In this document: positions 34,592 to 43,489 of the stretch, in pieces | Layout: every line of letters begins with the position of its first letter | Position numbering within the stretch: the stretch's first letter is position 1 | DNA from: an uncultured Methanomassiliicoccales archaeon | GTDB lineage: Archaea; Thermoplasmatota; Thermoplasmata; Methanomassiliicoccales; UBA472 | Direction: 5' to 3' | Assembly (NCBI GenBank): GCA_963755265.1 | Contig: CAVWKV010000101.1 | Coordinates: 260 to 64,259, forward strand | Length of the DNA stretch: 64,000 nucleotides | Translations under genes and position numbers: made by a program | The notes under the pieces: generated by a model | Database searches by the model: none | Seen by the model: the letters and a program-made list of their open reading frames with translations, nothing else | Told to the model about the DNA's origin: nothing

Positions 34592-35449
34592 ATGGTCCTC
34601 CCCGGCGTTTCGTTCAACGAGGCAAGGGCTTCATTTGAAAAGGCATACTTTGTCATTGTCGGTGTGCCTTTCGATCTGGCCACCTCGTTCCGTTCTGGAA
34701 CCAGGGCCGGTCCGAACGCCGTAAGGGAAGCATCCTATAACTTTGAGAGCTATCTTTTCGAGCACGACACGAACCTGGTGGACATACCTATCCACGACGC
34801 CGGCAACATCGAGCAGTGCGACACTGTTGAAGAGATGGCGAAAGCGACCAAGGCGGAGGCAAGGAGCATAATATCTGCCGGCAAGTTCCCTATCTTCATC
34901 GGAGGGGAGCATTCCATCTCTATCCCCGTGATCGAGGCGTTCGATGATATCGGCGTGATCTCGATCGATGCCCATCTAGACTTCAGGGATGAACACATGG
35001 GGAACAAGATGTCCCATGCTTGCGTGATGCGGCGGGCAGCCGACCACCTCGGGATCGAGAACGTCCTGCCATTCGGCGTGAGGTCAATCTCCGCCGAAGA
35101 AAAGAAACAGAAGATGCCAAATTACATCGATGCCTACCAGATCCATGAACAGGGCATCGAGACATCGTGGAAGAGGGCGATGAACATGATGCGCAAGGAA
35201 AAGGTGTACTTCTCCCTGGACATCGATGGCATCGATCCCGCTTACGCACCGGGGACCGGAACGCCGGAACCCTTCGGACTGAGCTCTTACGACGTCAAGC
35301 GGTGCATCAACATGCTGGGAGAGCGCATGGTCGGGTTTGATGTTAACGAGATCTCCCCGCCATATGACCATGGGAACACCGCCGCGCTCGGAGCGCGGAT
35401 GATACAAGAGGTCATCTGCGTGGTCTGGAAGCACAACGGAAAAAAGTAA
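34592..35449 (+). CDS. speB: Agmatinase / ureohydrolase family
   Basis: 285 aa. Mn-binding motifs GGEHSISIPV, IDAHLDFRD, SLDIDGIDPAYAPGTGTPEPFG. Confidence 0.85.
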   Translation: MVLPGVSFNEARASFEKAYFVIVGVPFDLATSFRSGTRAGPNAVREASYNFESYLFEHDTNLVDIPIHDAGNIEQCDTVEEMAKATKAEARSIISAGKFPIFIGGEHSISIPVIEAFDDIGVISIDAHLDFRDEHMGNKMSHACVMRRAADHLGIENVLPFGVRSISAEEKKQKMPNYIDAYQIHEQGIETSWKRAMNMMRKEKVYFSLDIDGIDPAYAPGTGTPEPFGLSSYDVKRCINMLGERMVGFDVNEISPPYDHGNTAALGARMIQEVICVVWKHNGKK

Positions 35450-35489
35450 AAGGATATCGCCATCCTTCTGAAGGCATCGAAAAGAAGTT

Positions 35490-36839
35490 TTATTTTAAGA
35501 TCTCTCGTAACGCCTTCTCGCACCGGTCCCCGCACCTCTTGGCGGCATCGACCCTCTTGGCTTCAGAGAATATCCTGAATATTGGTTCGGTTCCTGAAGG
35601 TCGGATCAGCGTCCATCCTTCTCCGAAGTACACCTTGACCCCATCGGTTGTATCCACCCTTTCCTTGGCGAATACTTCGACTACTCGAGCCAGAACCTCT
35701 TCCTTCCGCGTCTCAGGGCATTCCATCTTCCGCTTATCAAGACAATATTCAGGGACCTTTGCAAGAAGACTGGACATCGGTCCTTCAGTGGCCACGATCT
35801 CCAGCATCTTGGCTGCGGTCATCCCGCCGTCCCGGCAGTATTGATGCTCGGGAAAGATTAGCCCGCCGTTCTCCTCGCCTCCGAACACGGCCCCAATCTC
35901 GATCATCTTCCTGGCCACAATTGGGGAGCCGACGCGGGTATACACGATCTCGCCCCCTTCCTCCTTGACGACATCCTCGACGCAGGAGGATGTGCTAACC
36001 GGAGTGACCACTGTTCCTCCCCCCTTCTGGCGGACGATGTGACGAGCAACGATCGCCAGCGAGCGGTCTCCGAAGACGAAGTTACCATTGTTATCGACGA
36101 ATATGGTTCGGTCGGCATCCCCATCATGGGCGATTCCGAGGTCGGCTCCGGTGGCCTTTACTGTGGCCGCCAGGTCCTTCAGGTTGTCCGCGGTTGGCTC
36201 GGACGGATGCCCAGGGAACGTGCCCTGCGGGTTCGAGTTGAGGGATATCACGCGCACTCCGAGATCGGCTAGCAGGTCTGGTGACGTGGCTGTGGCGGCA
36301 CCGTTGGCACAGTCGAGGACGACGTTCAGCTTGGCATTGGCGATGGCGTTCACATTTACGTGCTGCTTGATCGCTGTCGAATAGGCTCTGGCCGCCCCCT
36401 CCACCGGACCGATCGAGCCGACGGATTTCCAACTTTTGTGGATGAAGGATTTGTTGAAGAATATCGCCTCAATCTTCTCTTCCTTCTCACGCGGCATCTC
36501 AGTCCCATCGTAATCGATGCACTTTATCCCGTTGAACTCCGGCGGGTTGTGCGAGGCTGTGATCATCACACCACCCTTGACACCAGAGTTCTTGACATAG
36601 AATTGCAGAGCCGGAGTAGGAAGCATTCCGAGGTCCAGTACGCTGACCCCGCTGGCCATAAGGCCTGCGGCTACCGCGCTCTTGAGCATGTCGGCAGAAG
36701 TCCGGCAGTCGGTGGCCACCGCTACTTTCCCTCCCATGTAGGTGCCGATGGCGCTACCCACATCCAGAGCGAACGACGCGTTCATTTCTTGGTTGACTAC
36801 ACCCCTGATCCCGTTGGTCCCGAAGAGCCGCGCTGTCAC
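35490..36839 (-). CDS. Phosphohexomutase (phosphomannomutase/phosphoglucomutase/phosphoglucosamine mutase paralog)
   Basis: 449 aa. FGTNGIRG, TASHNPPEFNGIK, GIAHDGDADR, GGEENGG. Confidence 0.85.
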   Translation of the reverse strand: MTARLFGTNGIRGVVNQEMNASFALDVGSAIGTYMGGKVAVATDCRTSADMLKSAVAAGLMASGVSVLDLGMLPTPALQFYVKNSGVKGGVMITASHNPPEFNGIKCIDYDGTEMPREKEEKIEAIFFNKSFIHKSWKSVGSIGPVEGAARAYSTAIKQHVNVNAIANAKLNVVLDCANGAATATSPDLLADLGVRVISLNSNPQGTFPGHPSEPTADNLKDLAATVKATGADLGIAHDGDADRTIFVDNNGNFVFGDRSLAIVARHIVRQKGGGTVVTPVSTSSCVEDVVKEEGGEIVYTRVGSPIVARKMIEIGAVFGGEENGGLIFPEHQYCRDGGMTAAKMLEIVATEGPMSSLLAKVPEYCLDKRKMECPETRKEEVLARVVEVFAKERVDTTDGVKVYFGEGWTLIRPSGTEPIFRIFSEAKRVDAAKRCGDRCEKALREILK

Positions 36840-36843
36840 GAGT

Positions 36844-37533
36844 TCACCTTGCCTTGTGAATCTGGGATATGACCAAGATATGGATAATATCTGCGGAATC
36901 CTTGCATGAATCTGACGAGTTCTCTATGCCATGCAGGAGATCGCGCATTAGGTAAATGGCACGGGGGTCCAGCTCTGCGAACAATATCTCTTTCTTGGTG
37001 GAGAAGTACATATCGTCCAGCTTATGCTCCGACACTCCCACGCTACGGCCATAGTTGATCGCCGCTTCGTTGTTGACGCCCAGCGAATCGACGCAGTTCC
37101 GCAGCTGTTTGGCCGCGAAATCCAATTCCTTGGTCATTTCCGCATATTTCCGCCACATCGAGAGCGGCACGCTGACGTTGGCCTCGATGACCATCTGCAG
37201 GTTCATCCCCGCCTCCTTGGCCCAGTCCGCCACATTGTCCATGTTCTGGGTTAGATGCATGAGGTCCTCGCGTTCCTTGGCCTCCATATCTCCCTTGGAG
37301 AGTTCCTCAGAGATCATTTCTTCCAACATATCCGCTTCCTTTTCCGAATAGATGAGCCTCTTGATCGCATCCAGGGCCCTTTCCTTGTCGCTCTCGCAGA
37401 GTGCAGCCATCGCCCGGTTCAGCTCTGACACTGTATCCCCTATCTTCTGCGCATGGTCCCGGACACCTTTCATGATCACCGATTCGCGTCGCACCTTGAA
37501 CCAGTCCAGCAATGACCCTTTGTTCTCACTCAA
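36844..37533 (-). CDS. DUF47 / PhoU-like (TIGR00153-type) protein
   Basis: 229 aa, all-helical. YSEKEADMLEEMISEEL and EREDLMHLTQNMDNVADWAKEA match the DUF47 pattern from memory. The start overlaps the upstream ATPase stop by 8 nt. Confidence 0.65.
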   Translation of the reverse strand: MSENKGSLLDWFKVRRESVIMKGVRDHAQKIGDTVSELNRAMAALCESDKERALDAIKRLIYSEKEADMLEEMISEELSKGDMEAKEREDLMHLTQNMDNVADWAKEAGMNLQMVIEANVSVPLSMWRKYAEMTKELDFAAKQLRNCVDSLGVNNEAAINYGRSVGVSEHKLDDMYFSTKKEILFAELDPRAIYLMRDLLHGIENSSDSCKDSADIIHILVISQIHKAR

Positions 37534-38614
37534 GTTTCACAGCCTCCGCAATTCCCTCAATAGGTCTTGAATAGACCATTGCCGCCTTCTTGTTGATCAT
37601 AAGATAGACCTCCTGCCCTTCACTATATAATTTCCCGTCGGACGTCGGCACGTCGAAATCCACTCGGTCCTCGCTATCCGCCAATGCCTGGATGTGCCAA
37701 TACGTGCCCATGTAAATGATCGAGATTATGGATGCATGAAGACCGCTGGTAAAGGGAAAGACGAACTCTGGACGAACGGAGACCACCACTGGAACGCCTG
37801 GTTTCATTGTGGCGTTTAGCACTTCGACGATCGATTCGTCCCTCAGCCCGATCTTGGTTACCCCGTCCCCGACCGACTTAACCCATCCCTCCAGGAGATT
37901 GGTCTCTCCGATGAAGTTGGCGGTGAATATCTTTAATGGCTTGGTGTAGAGCTGCTCTGGAGTGCCGATCTCTACGATTGCCCCCTTCTTCATCAGAACG
38001 ATCCGGTCGGAGACCGACATTGCCTCTTCCTGGTCGTGCGTTACATGTACAGTAGTGATGCCGAGAGATTTTACCAGTCGCCTCAGGTCGTATCTCAGGT
38101 CGACGCGCACACGGGCGTCTAATGCAGAGAGTGGTTCGTCCAGCAGGATCACTTTCGAACCGGTCGCTAGTGCTCTGGCCAATGACACCTTCTGTTGCTC
38201 CCCGCCACATAGCTCCCGGGGGAACATCTCCATTTTGTCCAGGAGCTTGACCAGCTCCAAATACTGGTGGGAGACGCTGTCCTGCTCGGTAACCTCTTTT
38301 CCCTTGACCCTTGGCGAATAGGAGACGTTATCCCGAACATTGAGGTTGGGGAACAGGGCGATGTTCTGGAATACATACCCGATGTCCCGGTCCTCGATGG
38401 GCACGCCGGTCATGTCCTTGCCCCCGATGGTGACCGTACCCTCGGTGGGGGTGATTATCCCGGCGATCATCCGGATGAGCGTGGTCTTGCCACATCCCGA
38501 GGGCCCAAGGATGGTAATGTACTCCCCGTCCGCGATGCTGAGATCAACGTGGTCCACCGCCGCAAGCTCACCATAGTATTTCGATACACCCTTCAATTCG
38601 ATCGTCGGCATCAT
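37526..38614 (-). CDS. ABC transporter ATP-binding protein with C-terminal TOBE/OB-like domain (second of two)
   Basis: 362 aa from MMPTIELKG (ATGA overlap with the upstream ATPase). Walker A GPSGCGKTT, Q-loop VFQNIALFP, signature LCGGEQQK, Walker B ILLDEPLSALD, H-loop VTHDQEEA. Confidence 0.9.
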   Translation of the reverse strand: MMPTIELKGVSKYYGELAAVDHVDLSIADGEYITILGPSGCGKTTLIRMIAGIITPTEGTVTIGGKDMTGVPIEDRDIGYVFQNIALFPNLNVRDNVSYSPRVKGKEVTEQDSVSHQYLELVKLLDKMEMFPRELCGGEQQKVSLARALATGSKVILLDEPLSALDARVRVDLRYDLRRLVKSLGITTVHVTHDQEEAMSVSDRIVLMKKGAIVEIGTPEQLYTKPLKIFTANFIGETNLLEGWVKSVGDGVTKIGLRDESIVEVLNATMKPGVPVVVSVRPEFVFPFTSGLHASIISIIYMGTYWHIQALADSEDRVDFDVPTSDGKLYSEGQEVYLMINKKAAMVYSRPIEGIAEAVKLE

Positions 38615-39699
38615 TCCACCTTCAGTTCCTCTTGGAGGCCTTTCTCCGGCATCCGGAAGACCGTCGCTTTGTCCCAGTTCCATCTGACATTGACCTTATC
38701 CCCCATCGCTATCTTTCCCAGGCGCCATGACGGAACCTTCGCCGAGAAACGCCCTATATCTTCAACGGCAATGTCCACGTGCAGGTTCCTGCCTTCGAAC
38801 AATATTCTCTCCACCGTACCCGAGAAGAATCCTGGCTGGTCCTTGAATATCTCGGTGTTGCCCACCTTTATCCCGACCACGGCTTCCTCTCCGACCTCGA
38901 TGTCGGAGGGGCGCGCTTCCACCACAAAACGGCCATCCGATACCCTGGTCGACTCCCTCTTCTGCGCCACCTTACCGACGAAGAAGTTGGATTGGCCCAC
39001 AAAGTTCGCTATGAACGGAGACCTCGGATAATCAAAGACCTCTCCCGGTCTTCCGATCTGGAGGATCTTGCCTTCTCTGATGACCGCGATGCGGTCGGCC
39101 ATCACTAGTGCTTCATCCTGATCGTGGGTGACGTGAACCGTGGTAATACCCAACGCCTTCGCCAACGAGCGCAGTTCATACCTAAGGCTGATCCTGAGTC
39201 TCGCGTCGAGGGCCCGTAGTGGTTCGTCCAGAAGAAGAGTGTCCGCCCCGGATGCCAGGGCCCTCGCCAACGCAGTGCGTTGCTGCATCCCTCCACTGAG
39301 CTCCCTGGGAAATGCGTCTGCCCTGGTGGTCAACCTGACCATATCCAGCATGTCCGAGAGAGTCCTTTCCTTTTCCTCTTCCGTATCCCGGTTAATCTCC
39401 GGCCCGAAAAGGATGTTTTCCGCCACTGTGAGCTGTGGGAACAGACAGTAGGTCTGTGACAGAAGGACGGCCCTTCGGTCCTCCGGTTCAACCTTGGCCA
39501 TGTCCTTCCCATCGAACCTAATGCTTCCGGAATCGGGTTTGATCAGACCAGCCAGAACTCTCAGTGTGGTGGTCTTGCCGGCACCGGTTGGGCCTAGGAG
39601 GCAAAGATACTCACCGTTCCTCACATCCAGGTCCAGTCCGTCGGCTGCCTTAATCGTCCCATAGGATTTCCGAATGCCTTTCAACTCGATACTTGGCAT
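38611..39699 (-). CDS. ABC transporter ATP-binding protein with C-terminal TOBE/OB-like domain (first of two)
   Basis: 362 aa from MPSIELKG (ATGA overlap with the permease stop). GPTGAGKTT, LSGGMQQR, LLLDEPLRALD, VTHDQDEA. The 622-aa ORF in the track is an out-of-frame upstream extension. Confidence 0.9.
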   Translation of the reverse strand: MPSIELKGIRKSYGTIKAADGLDLDVRNGEYLCLLGPTGAGKTTTLRVLAGLIKPDSGSIRFDGKDMAKVEPEDRRAVLLSQTYCLFPQLTVAENILFGPEINRDTEEEKERTLSDMLDMVRLTTRADAFPRELSGGMQQRTALARALASGADTLLLDEPLRALDARLRISLRYELRSLAKALGITTVHVTHDQDEALVMADRIAVIREGKILQIGRPGEVFDYPRSPFIANFVGQSNFFVGKVAQKRESTRVSDGRFVVEARPSDIEVGEEAVVGIKVGNTEIFKDQPGFFSGTVERILFEGRNLHVDIAVEDIGRFSAKVPSWRLGKIAMGDKVNVRWNWDKATVFRMPEKGLQEELKVE

Positions 39700-41330
39700 C
39701 AGTTCGCCCCCTTCGTCCTGTACGTGACAAATCTCAGACCGAGCATGAACAGGAATGATACAATGATAAGCACGATGCATGCCAGACCGGCGGTGTAGTA
39801 AGCATGCTGCTTGCTGATCAGGGCGACAATGTAGACTGGCGCTGTATTCGCTGAGGCCACTACGGCTTGCGTCGCCCCGGTCTCGCCCAGGCTTCTGGTG
39901 AACGCCATTATCGACCCGGCAAGGATGGATGCCTTGATCATCGGGTAAAGGACACGGCGGAACGCCTGTATCGGTTTTGCGCCCAGGGTCCTGGCCGTCT
40001 CTTCGTAGGACGGATCGATCTCTTCGACGGCGCCAGCAACGTTCCTGACCACCAATGGGTATGTGAAGGCTATATGGGCCAGTATGATCAGTAAAACATC
40101 TACCGTCGGTATCAAGTTCTGCCCAGTCCAGAACACGCCCAGAGAATAACCGAGGGCAGCCGTGGGCACTATGAGAGGTACATTGACCAGTACGTCTAAT
40201 GTTGCAGAGAATTTGGTGGAACGGTTCCTGGCAATATACAGAGCAAGCGGAACACCCAATACGATGTCGATTACCGTGACCACACCGGCGATCACGAAGG
40301 AATAGACTAGACTGTTCCAGAACCCTGACAAATCCGCCGAAGTGGGACTTGCTGTGGCCACATAAGAGAAGATGAAGAATGACGGGATCAGAACCAGGAT
40401 CACGAGGAAGATCGTTGCGGAACCATCCTTGAGCCTGGGTACGAAACCACGTGAAAGGATGCGCTCCCATTTCGGCCATACCTTACCTTTAGGCAGCTTG
40501 ACCTTCATTACGGCCAGTTTGAGCACGACCAACAACGCAAGGGCGAAGATGATGAGCAATATGCTGACAAAGGCGAGCGGCGCGGTGAGATCTGGCTGAC
40601 TGGCCAGAAGCGGCTTCCATGTACCAATTATAGTGGGTCCGGTCTGGAAACCCTGGGAATTTGCCATAGTGGATAGGGCGACCATCGTCCCTCCAGTCTC
40701 CGACAACGAACGGGCAAAGCAAAGGACTATCCCGGTGACCAGGCCGGCGCGGAACAGCGGTAGCGTGATCGTACGGGCGGCAGTGAACTTGCTGGCTCCC
40801 ATTGTCTGACCGGCCGTCTCATAGGTTGTATCGATTTGTTCTAGGATGGCCGCCAAGGAGCGGACCATATAGGGATATGAGAAAACAATGTGAAGCAGTA
40901 TTATCAACAGCATTGGGCTGGTGATGAGGCTCAACCCCGGAGAGTTAAAGCTGGCCGGTGTGACCGCCCAGAAGATCGCCGCTGAGAAACCGAGTGCAGC
41001 GGTGGGCACCGCCAGCGGCATGTCGATCATCGTATCGAGCAGTTGCTTGCCTCGAAACTGTTTGCGCACCAGGATCCATGCCATGGGTAGACCGACGAGG
41101 AAATCGATCAGGGTAACAATGGCGGCGATCTCGAACGAGGAAAGGATGGCGTTGGTGATGAGCGTCATCATCGCCGGATCATTGAAAACATGGGTCTGGA
41201 TATCGCCCCAGTTTGTGAACGAGTAGGACAGGATCCAAACGGTCGGGAGGATCACGAAAAGAAGGAAGAAAACTATGACAAAACCGGTCCAGCCCTTACG
41301 GAAGCGCCTACTACTAACCAGGTCGACCAA
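39699..41330 (-). CDS. Fused double-TMD ABC importer permease (two BPD_transp_1 units, FbpB/ThiP/CysTW-like)
   Basis: 543 aa, about 12 TM helices. Two EAA-type loops (YETAGQTMGASKFTAARTITLP and YEETARTLGAKPIQAFRRVLYP), each followed by SLSETGGT or SLGETGAT. Confidence 0.85.
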   Translation of the reverse strand: MVDLVSSRRFRKGWTGFVIVFFLLFVILPTVWILSYSFTNWGDIQTHVFNDPAMMTLITNAILSSFEIAAIVTLIDFLVGLPMAWILVRKQFRGKQLLDTMIDMPLAVPTAALGFSAAIFWAVTPASFNSPGLSLITSPMLLIILLHIVFSYPYMVRSLAAILEQIDTTYETAGQTMGASKFTAARTITLPLFRAGLVTGIVLCFARSLSETGGTMVALSTMANSQGFQTGPTIIGTWKPLLASQPDLTAPLAFVSILLIIFALALLVVLKLAVMKVKLPKGKVWPKWERILSRGFVPRLKDGSATIFLVILVLIPSFFIFSYVATASPTSADLSGFWNSLVYSFVIAGVVTVIDIVLGVPLALYIARNRSTKFSATLDVLVNVPLIVPTAALGYSLGVFWTGQNLIPTVDVLLIILAHIAFTYPLVVRNVAGAVEEIDPSYEETARTLGAKPIQAFRRVLYPMIKASILAGSIMAFTRSLGETGATQAVVASANTAPVYIVALISKQHAYYTAGLACIVLIIVSFLFMLGLRFVTYRTKGAN

Positions 41331-41458
41331 TCTATCAAGTGGTTTTGGTTCCAGCCTGACCCCGCCTCAGACCCGGAAATGTATAAGCGGATATATACCT
41401 GCCGTGAGGCTCCATACAGATAGCTTTGAATACGTTCCAGTTAGGATCGGATAAGTAC

Positions 41459-42424
41459 TCACCTATTTGCAAGGATAACATCGACGGCGCCCTGATCCCT
41501 TTCGACCAAGAATCCCGGCCCGATCAGCGAATTTCGGACAACCGCTCCGGGGCCGATGATCGCACCTCGCATGAGAGTGCTGTTAGATACCTTCGCTCCA
41601 GCGCTTATGGTGACGTTGGGTTCGGCGAAGACGTACGGCCCGACCGTGCAGGAGTCCAACTTTGTCCCGGTCAAATGCACTGGTTCCAATAGCTCGACCC
41701 TCCCGTTCATCGTGGCCGGTTGGTTCCTCGTCTCACCGAGGTCCATCAATGTCTTCTGTGCCCTCAGATAGTTCTCCCTGGTACCACAGTCCACCCAATA
41801 ACCGTCGTAGGTATAGCCGAAAAGACCCTGGTCGAGCACTTTGGGGAAGACCTCCTTCTCCAACGACACTGCTCCCTTTCCTATGTTGTCCAGCATGTCA
41901 GGTTCAAAAATGTAGACACCAGCATTAATCATGTTCGAAACGGCCTCAGCCTTCGAGGGCTTTTCCTGGAATACGGTGACTCTATGATCCTGGCCCCATC
42001 CCACGACTCCAAATGCAGTGGGATCCTCCACCTGCCAGAGTGAGATGGTCCCGATCCCGCCCTTTTCCCGGTGATACTTCAACATAGAATTGATGTCGAT
42101 GGACGTCAACACGTCCCCATTGATGACAATGAATGTATCGTCCAAATGACCTTCCACGTTCTTGATTGCGCCGCCAGTGCCCAGCGGGGAAGTCTCGTTC
42201 ACCAGTATGACCTTCCTGCCACAATCGTTGACGCGGAAGTATTCCTCCAGGATGTCCTTCATGTAGCTCACGGCCAACACTACCGTGTCCACACGGGGCG
42301 GCAGTGAATCGATGATGTGCATGACCAGAGGTTTTCCCACTAAGGGCACCAGAGGTTTGGGCGTCTTGTAGGTGATCGGTCTCATTCTTGTTCCGAGACC
42401 GCCAGCGAGAATTACGGCCTTCAT
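41459..42424 (-). CDS. Sugar-1-phosphate nucleotidyltransferase with C-terminal hexapeptide-repeat domain
   Basis: 321 aa. MKAVILAGGLGTRMRPITYKTPKPLVPL. C-terminal left-handed beta-helix repeats. Confidence 0.8.
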   Translation of the reverse strand: MKAVILAGGLGTRMRPITYKTPKPLVPLVGKPLVMHIIDSLPPRVDTVVLAVSYMKDILEEYFRVNDCGRKVILVNETSPLGTGGAIKNVEGHLDDTFIVINGDVLTSIDINSMLKYHREKGGIGTISLWQVEDPTAFGVVGWGQDHRVTVFQEKPSKAEAVSNMINAGVYIFEPDMLDNIGKGAVSLEKEVFPKVLDQGLFGYTYDGYWVDCGTRENYLRAQKTLMDLGETRNQPATMNGRVELLEPVHLTGTKLDSCTVGPYVFAEPNVTISAGAKVSNSTLMRGAIIGPGAVVRNSLIGPGFLVERDQGAVDVILANR

Positions 42425-42477
42425 CCGGTACGATCCACCATCTTTGGAACAGATTGTTGGAATCTCGTTGCAGGGTT

Positions 42478-42693
42478 TCAGAGCGGGGAGATGCTCACGA
42501 CGTTATTGCCACGAAGAATGACAACACCCAGTCTGCGGGTCTGGTCGGCGGTGCGCTCCTCGGTCTCCTCAATGACCATGTTCATGTATTCGTCATAGCC
42601 CGTGAGCTTTCCCTCCAATACCCTATTGTCCTTCAGAAGAAGGGAGATTTTTTTGTTGAGGGACTTCTCGAGCAGCGCTAGCGGCATCACCAT
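42478..42693 (-). CDS. Sm-like archaeal protein (SmAP/LSm)
   Basis: 71 aa from the internal ATG at 42693. Sm1 LLLKDNRVLEGKLTGYDEYMNMVIEE, Sm2 LGVVILRGNNVVSISP. TTTAAA-like element about 35 nt upstream. Confidence 0.9.
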   Translation of the reverse strand: MVMPLALLEKSLNKKISLLLKDNRVLEGKLTGYDEYMNMVIEETEERTADQTRRLGVVILRGNNVVSISPL

Positions 42694-42817
42694 TTTATCA
42701 CTCAGGCCACGGATTGGGGCTGACCAATTTAAAGCTTTTCTACTGAATAGGAATGTTTCGGCCCGTCCTCTCAGAAAATGGGCGGGCCAGAGGGTTTGGA
42801 GGTCTTTCAGCGTCAAC

Positions 42818-43018
42818 TCATTTTTTCAATGAGACGTAGGGATACCCGGTCCAAGAGCCGGTGGAGATCGAACTGTTCTTGCCGAACTCGATCTCGGTCA
42901 AGGTCACTCCATAGCCTGAGGAGAACGCACGGACGGTCGCCGGCGCGACAGGTATGCGTTCCAGGATCCAGTTCGACATCTGCGGGTTCATTGTTTCTTT
43001 GCGCATGATTCCATCCAC
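42818..43018 (-). CDS. Small hypothetical ORF between scpB and the Sm gene
   Basis: 66 aa (53-57 aa from internal Mets). GC3-rich codon usage like neighbouring genes. Overlaps the scpB 3' end by 31 nt if the longest start is used. No family recognised. Confidence 0.35.
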   Translation of the reverse strand: MDGIMRKETMNPQMSNWILERIPVAPATVRAFSSGYGVTLTEIEFGKNSSISTGSWTGYPYVSLKK

Positions 43019-43488
43019 TCCTTGATATCTTCCTTCCGAGTGCTCCCGATCCCAAAGTATTCCGAGAACTTTTTCGTGGTCGAAAGCAATAGCGTTTGTC
43101 CTGTCTTCTTGCCGGTGACCAGACCGAGGTGGCGCAGGGTGCGTATATCGTCGTAGATGTTCGCCCCACGTTTCTTGGCTAGATCTGATTGCAGTATGGG
43201 CTGGTTATAGGCGATGATGGCTGCGGTCTTGACGACACCGCCATCCAACTCTTGGACGGAGTAACTGGCCGAGAACTGGACATAGTCCTTTCGCAGCTGC
43301 ATCGAGTACTTCATCCCTGTCTTCACGACCTCCATGGAACAGTCCTTTCCCTCGTATTCGGTCATCAGACGATGCAAGGCCCTCCGGACCACATCCTGGG
43401 AGAGCTGGGCCTTGTCCGATATCTCGGCTACCTTGACTGGGAGGGAAGAGGAGAATAATACTGCCTCGACGACCCGGTCGGGATCCAC
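42988..43488 (-). CDS. scpB: Segregation and condensation protein B
   Basis: 166 aa. Tandem winged-helix pattern: VEAVLFSSSLPVKVAEIS and TAAIIAYNQPILQSDLAKKRGANIYDDIRTLRHLGLV. Follows scpA by 1 nt. Confidence 0.8.
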   Translation of the reverse strand: MDPDRVVEAVLFSSSLPVKVAEISDKAQLSQDVVRRALHRLMTEYEGKDCSMEVVKTGMKYSMQLRKDYVQFSASYSVQELDGGVVKTAAIIAYNQPILQSDLAKKRGANIYDDIRTLRHLGLVTGKKTGQTLLLSTTKKFSEYFGIGSTRKEDIKEWMESCAKKQ

Positions 43489-43489
43489 T

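Noticed and set aside
38611-40479. 622-aa ORF suggesting a giant ABC ATPase with a 260-aa N-terminal extension
   Set aside because: The extension overlaps the permease gene (39699-41330) in another frame and is Arg/His/Cys-rich nonsense. The conserved ATPase begins at MPSIELKG, whose ATG (39697-39699) forms an ATGA overlap with the permease stop.
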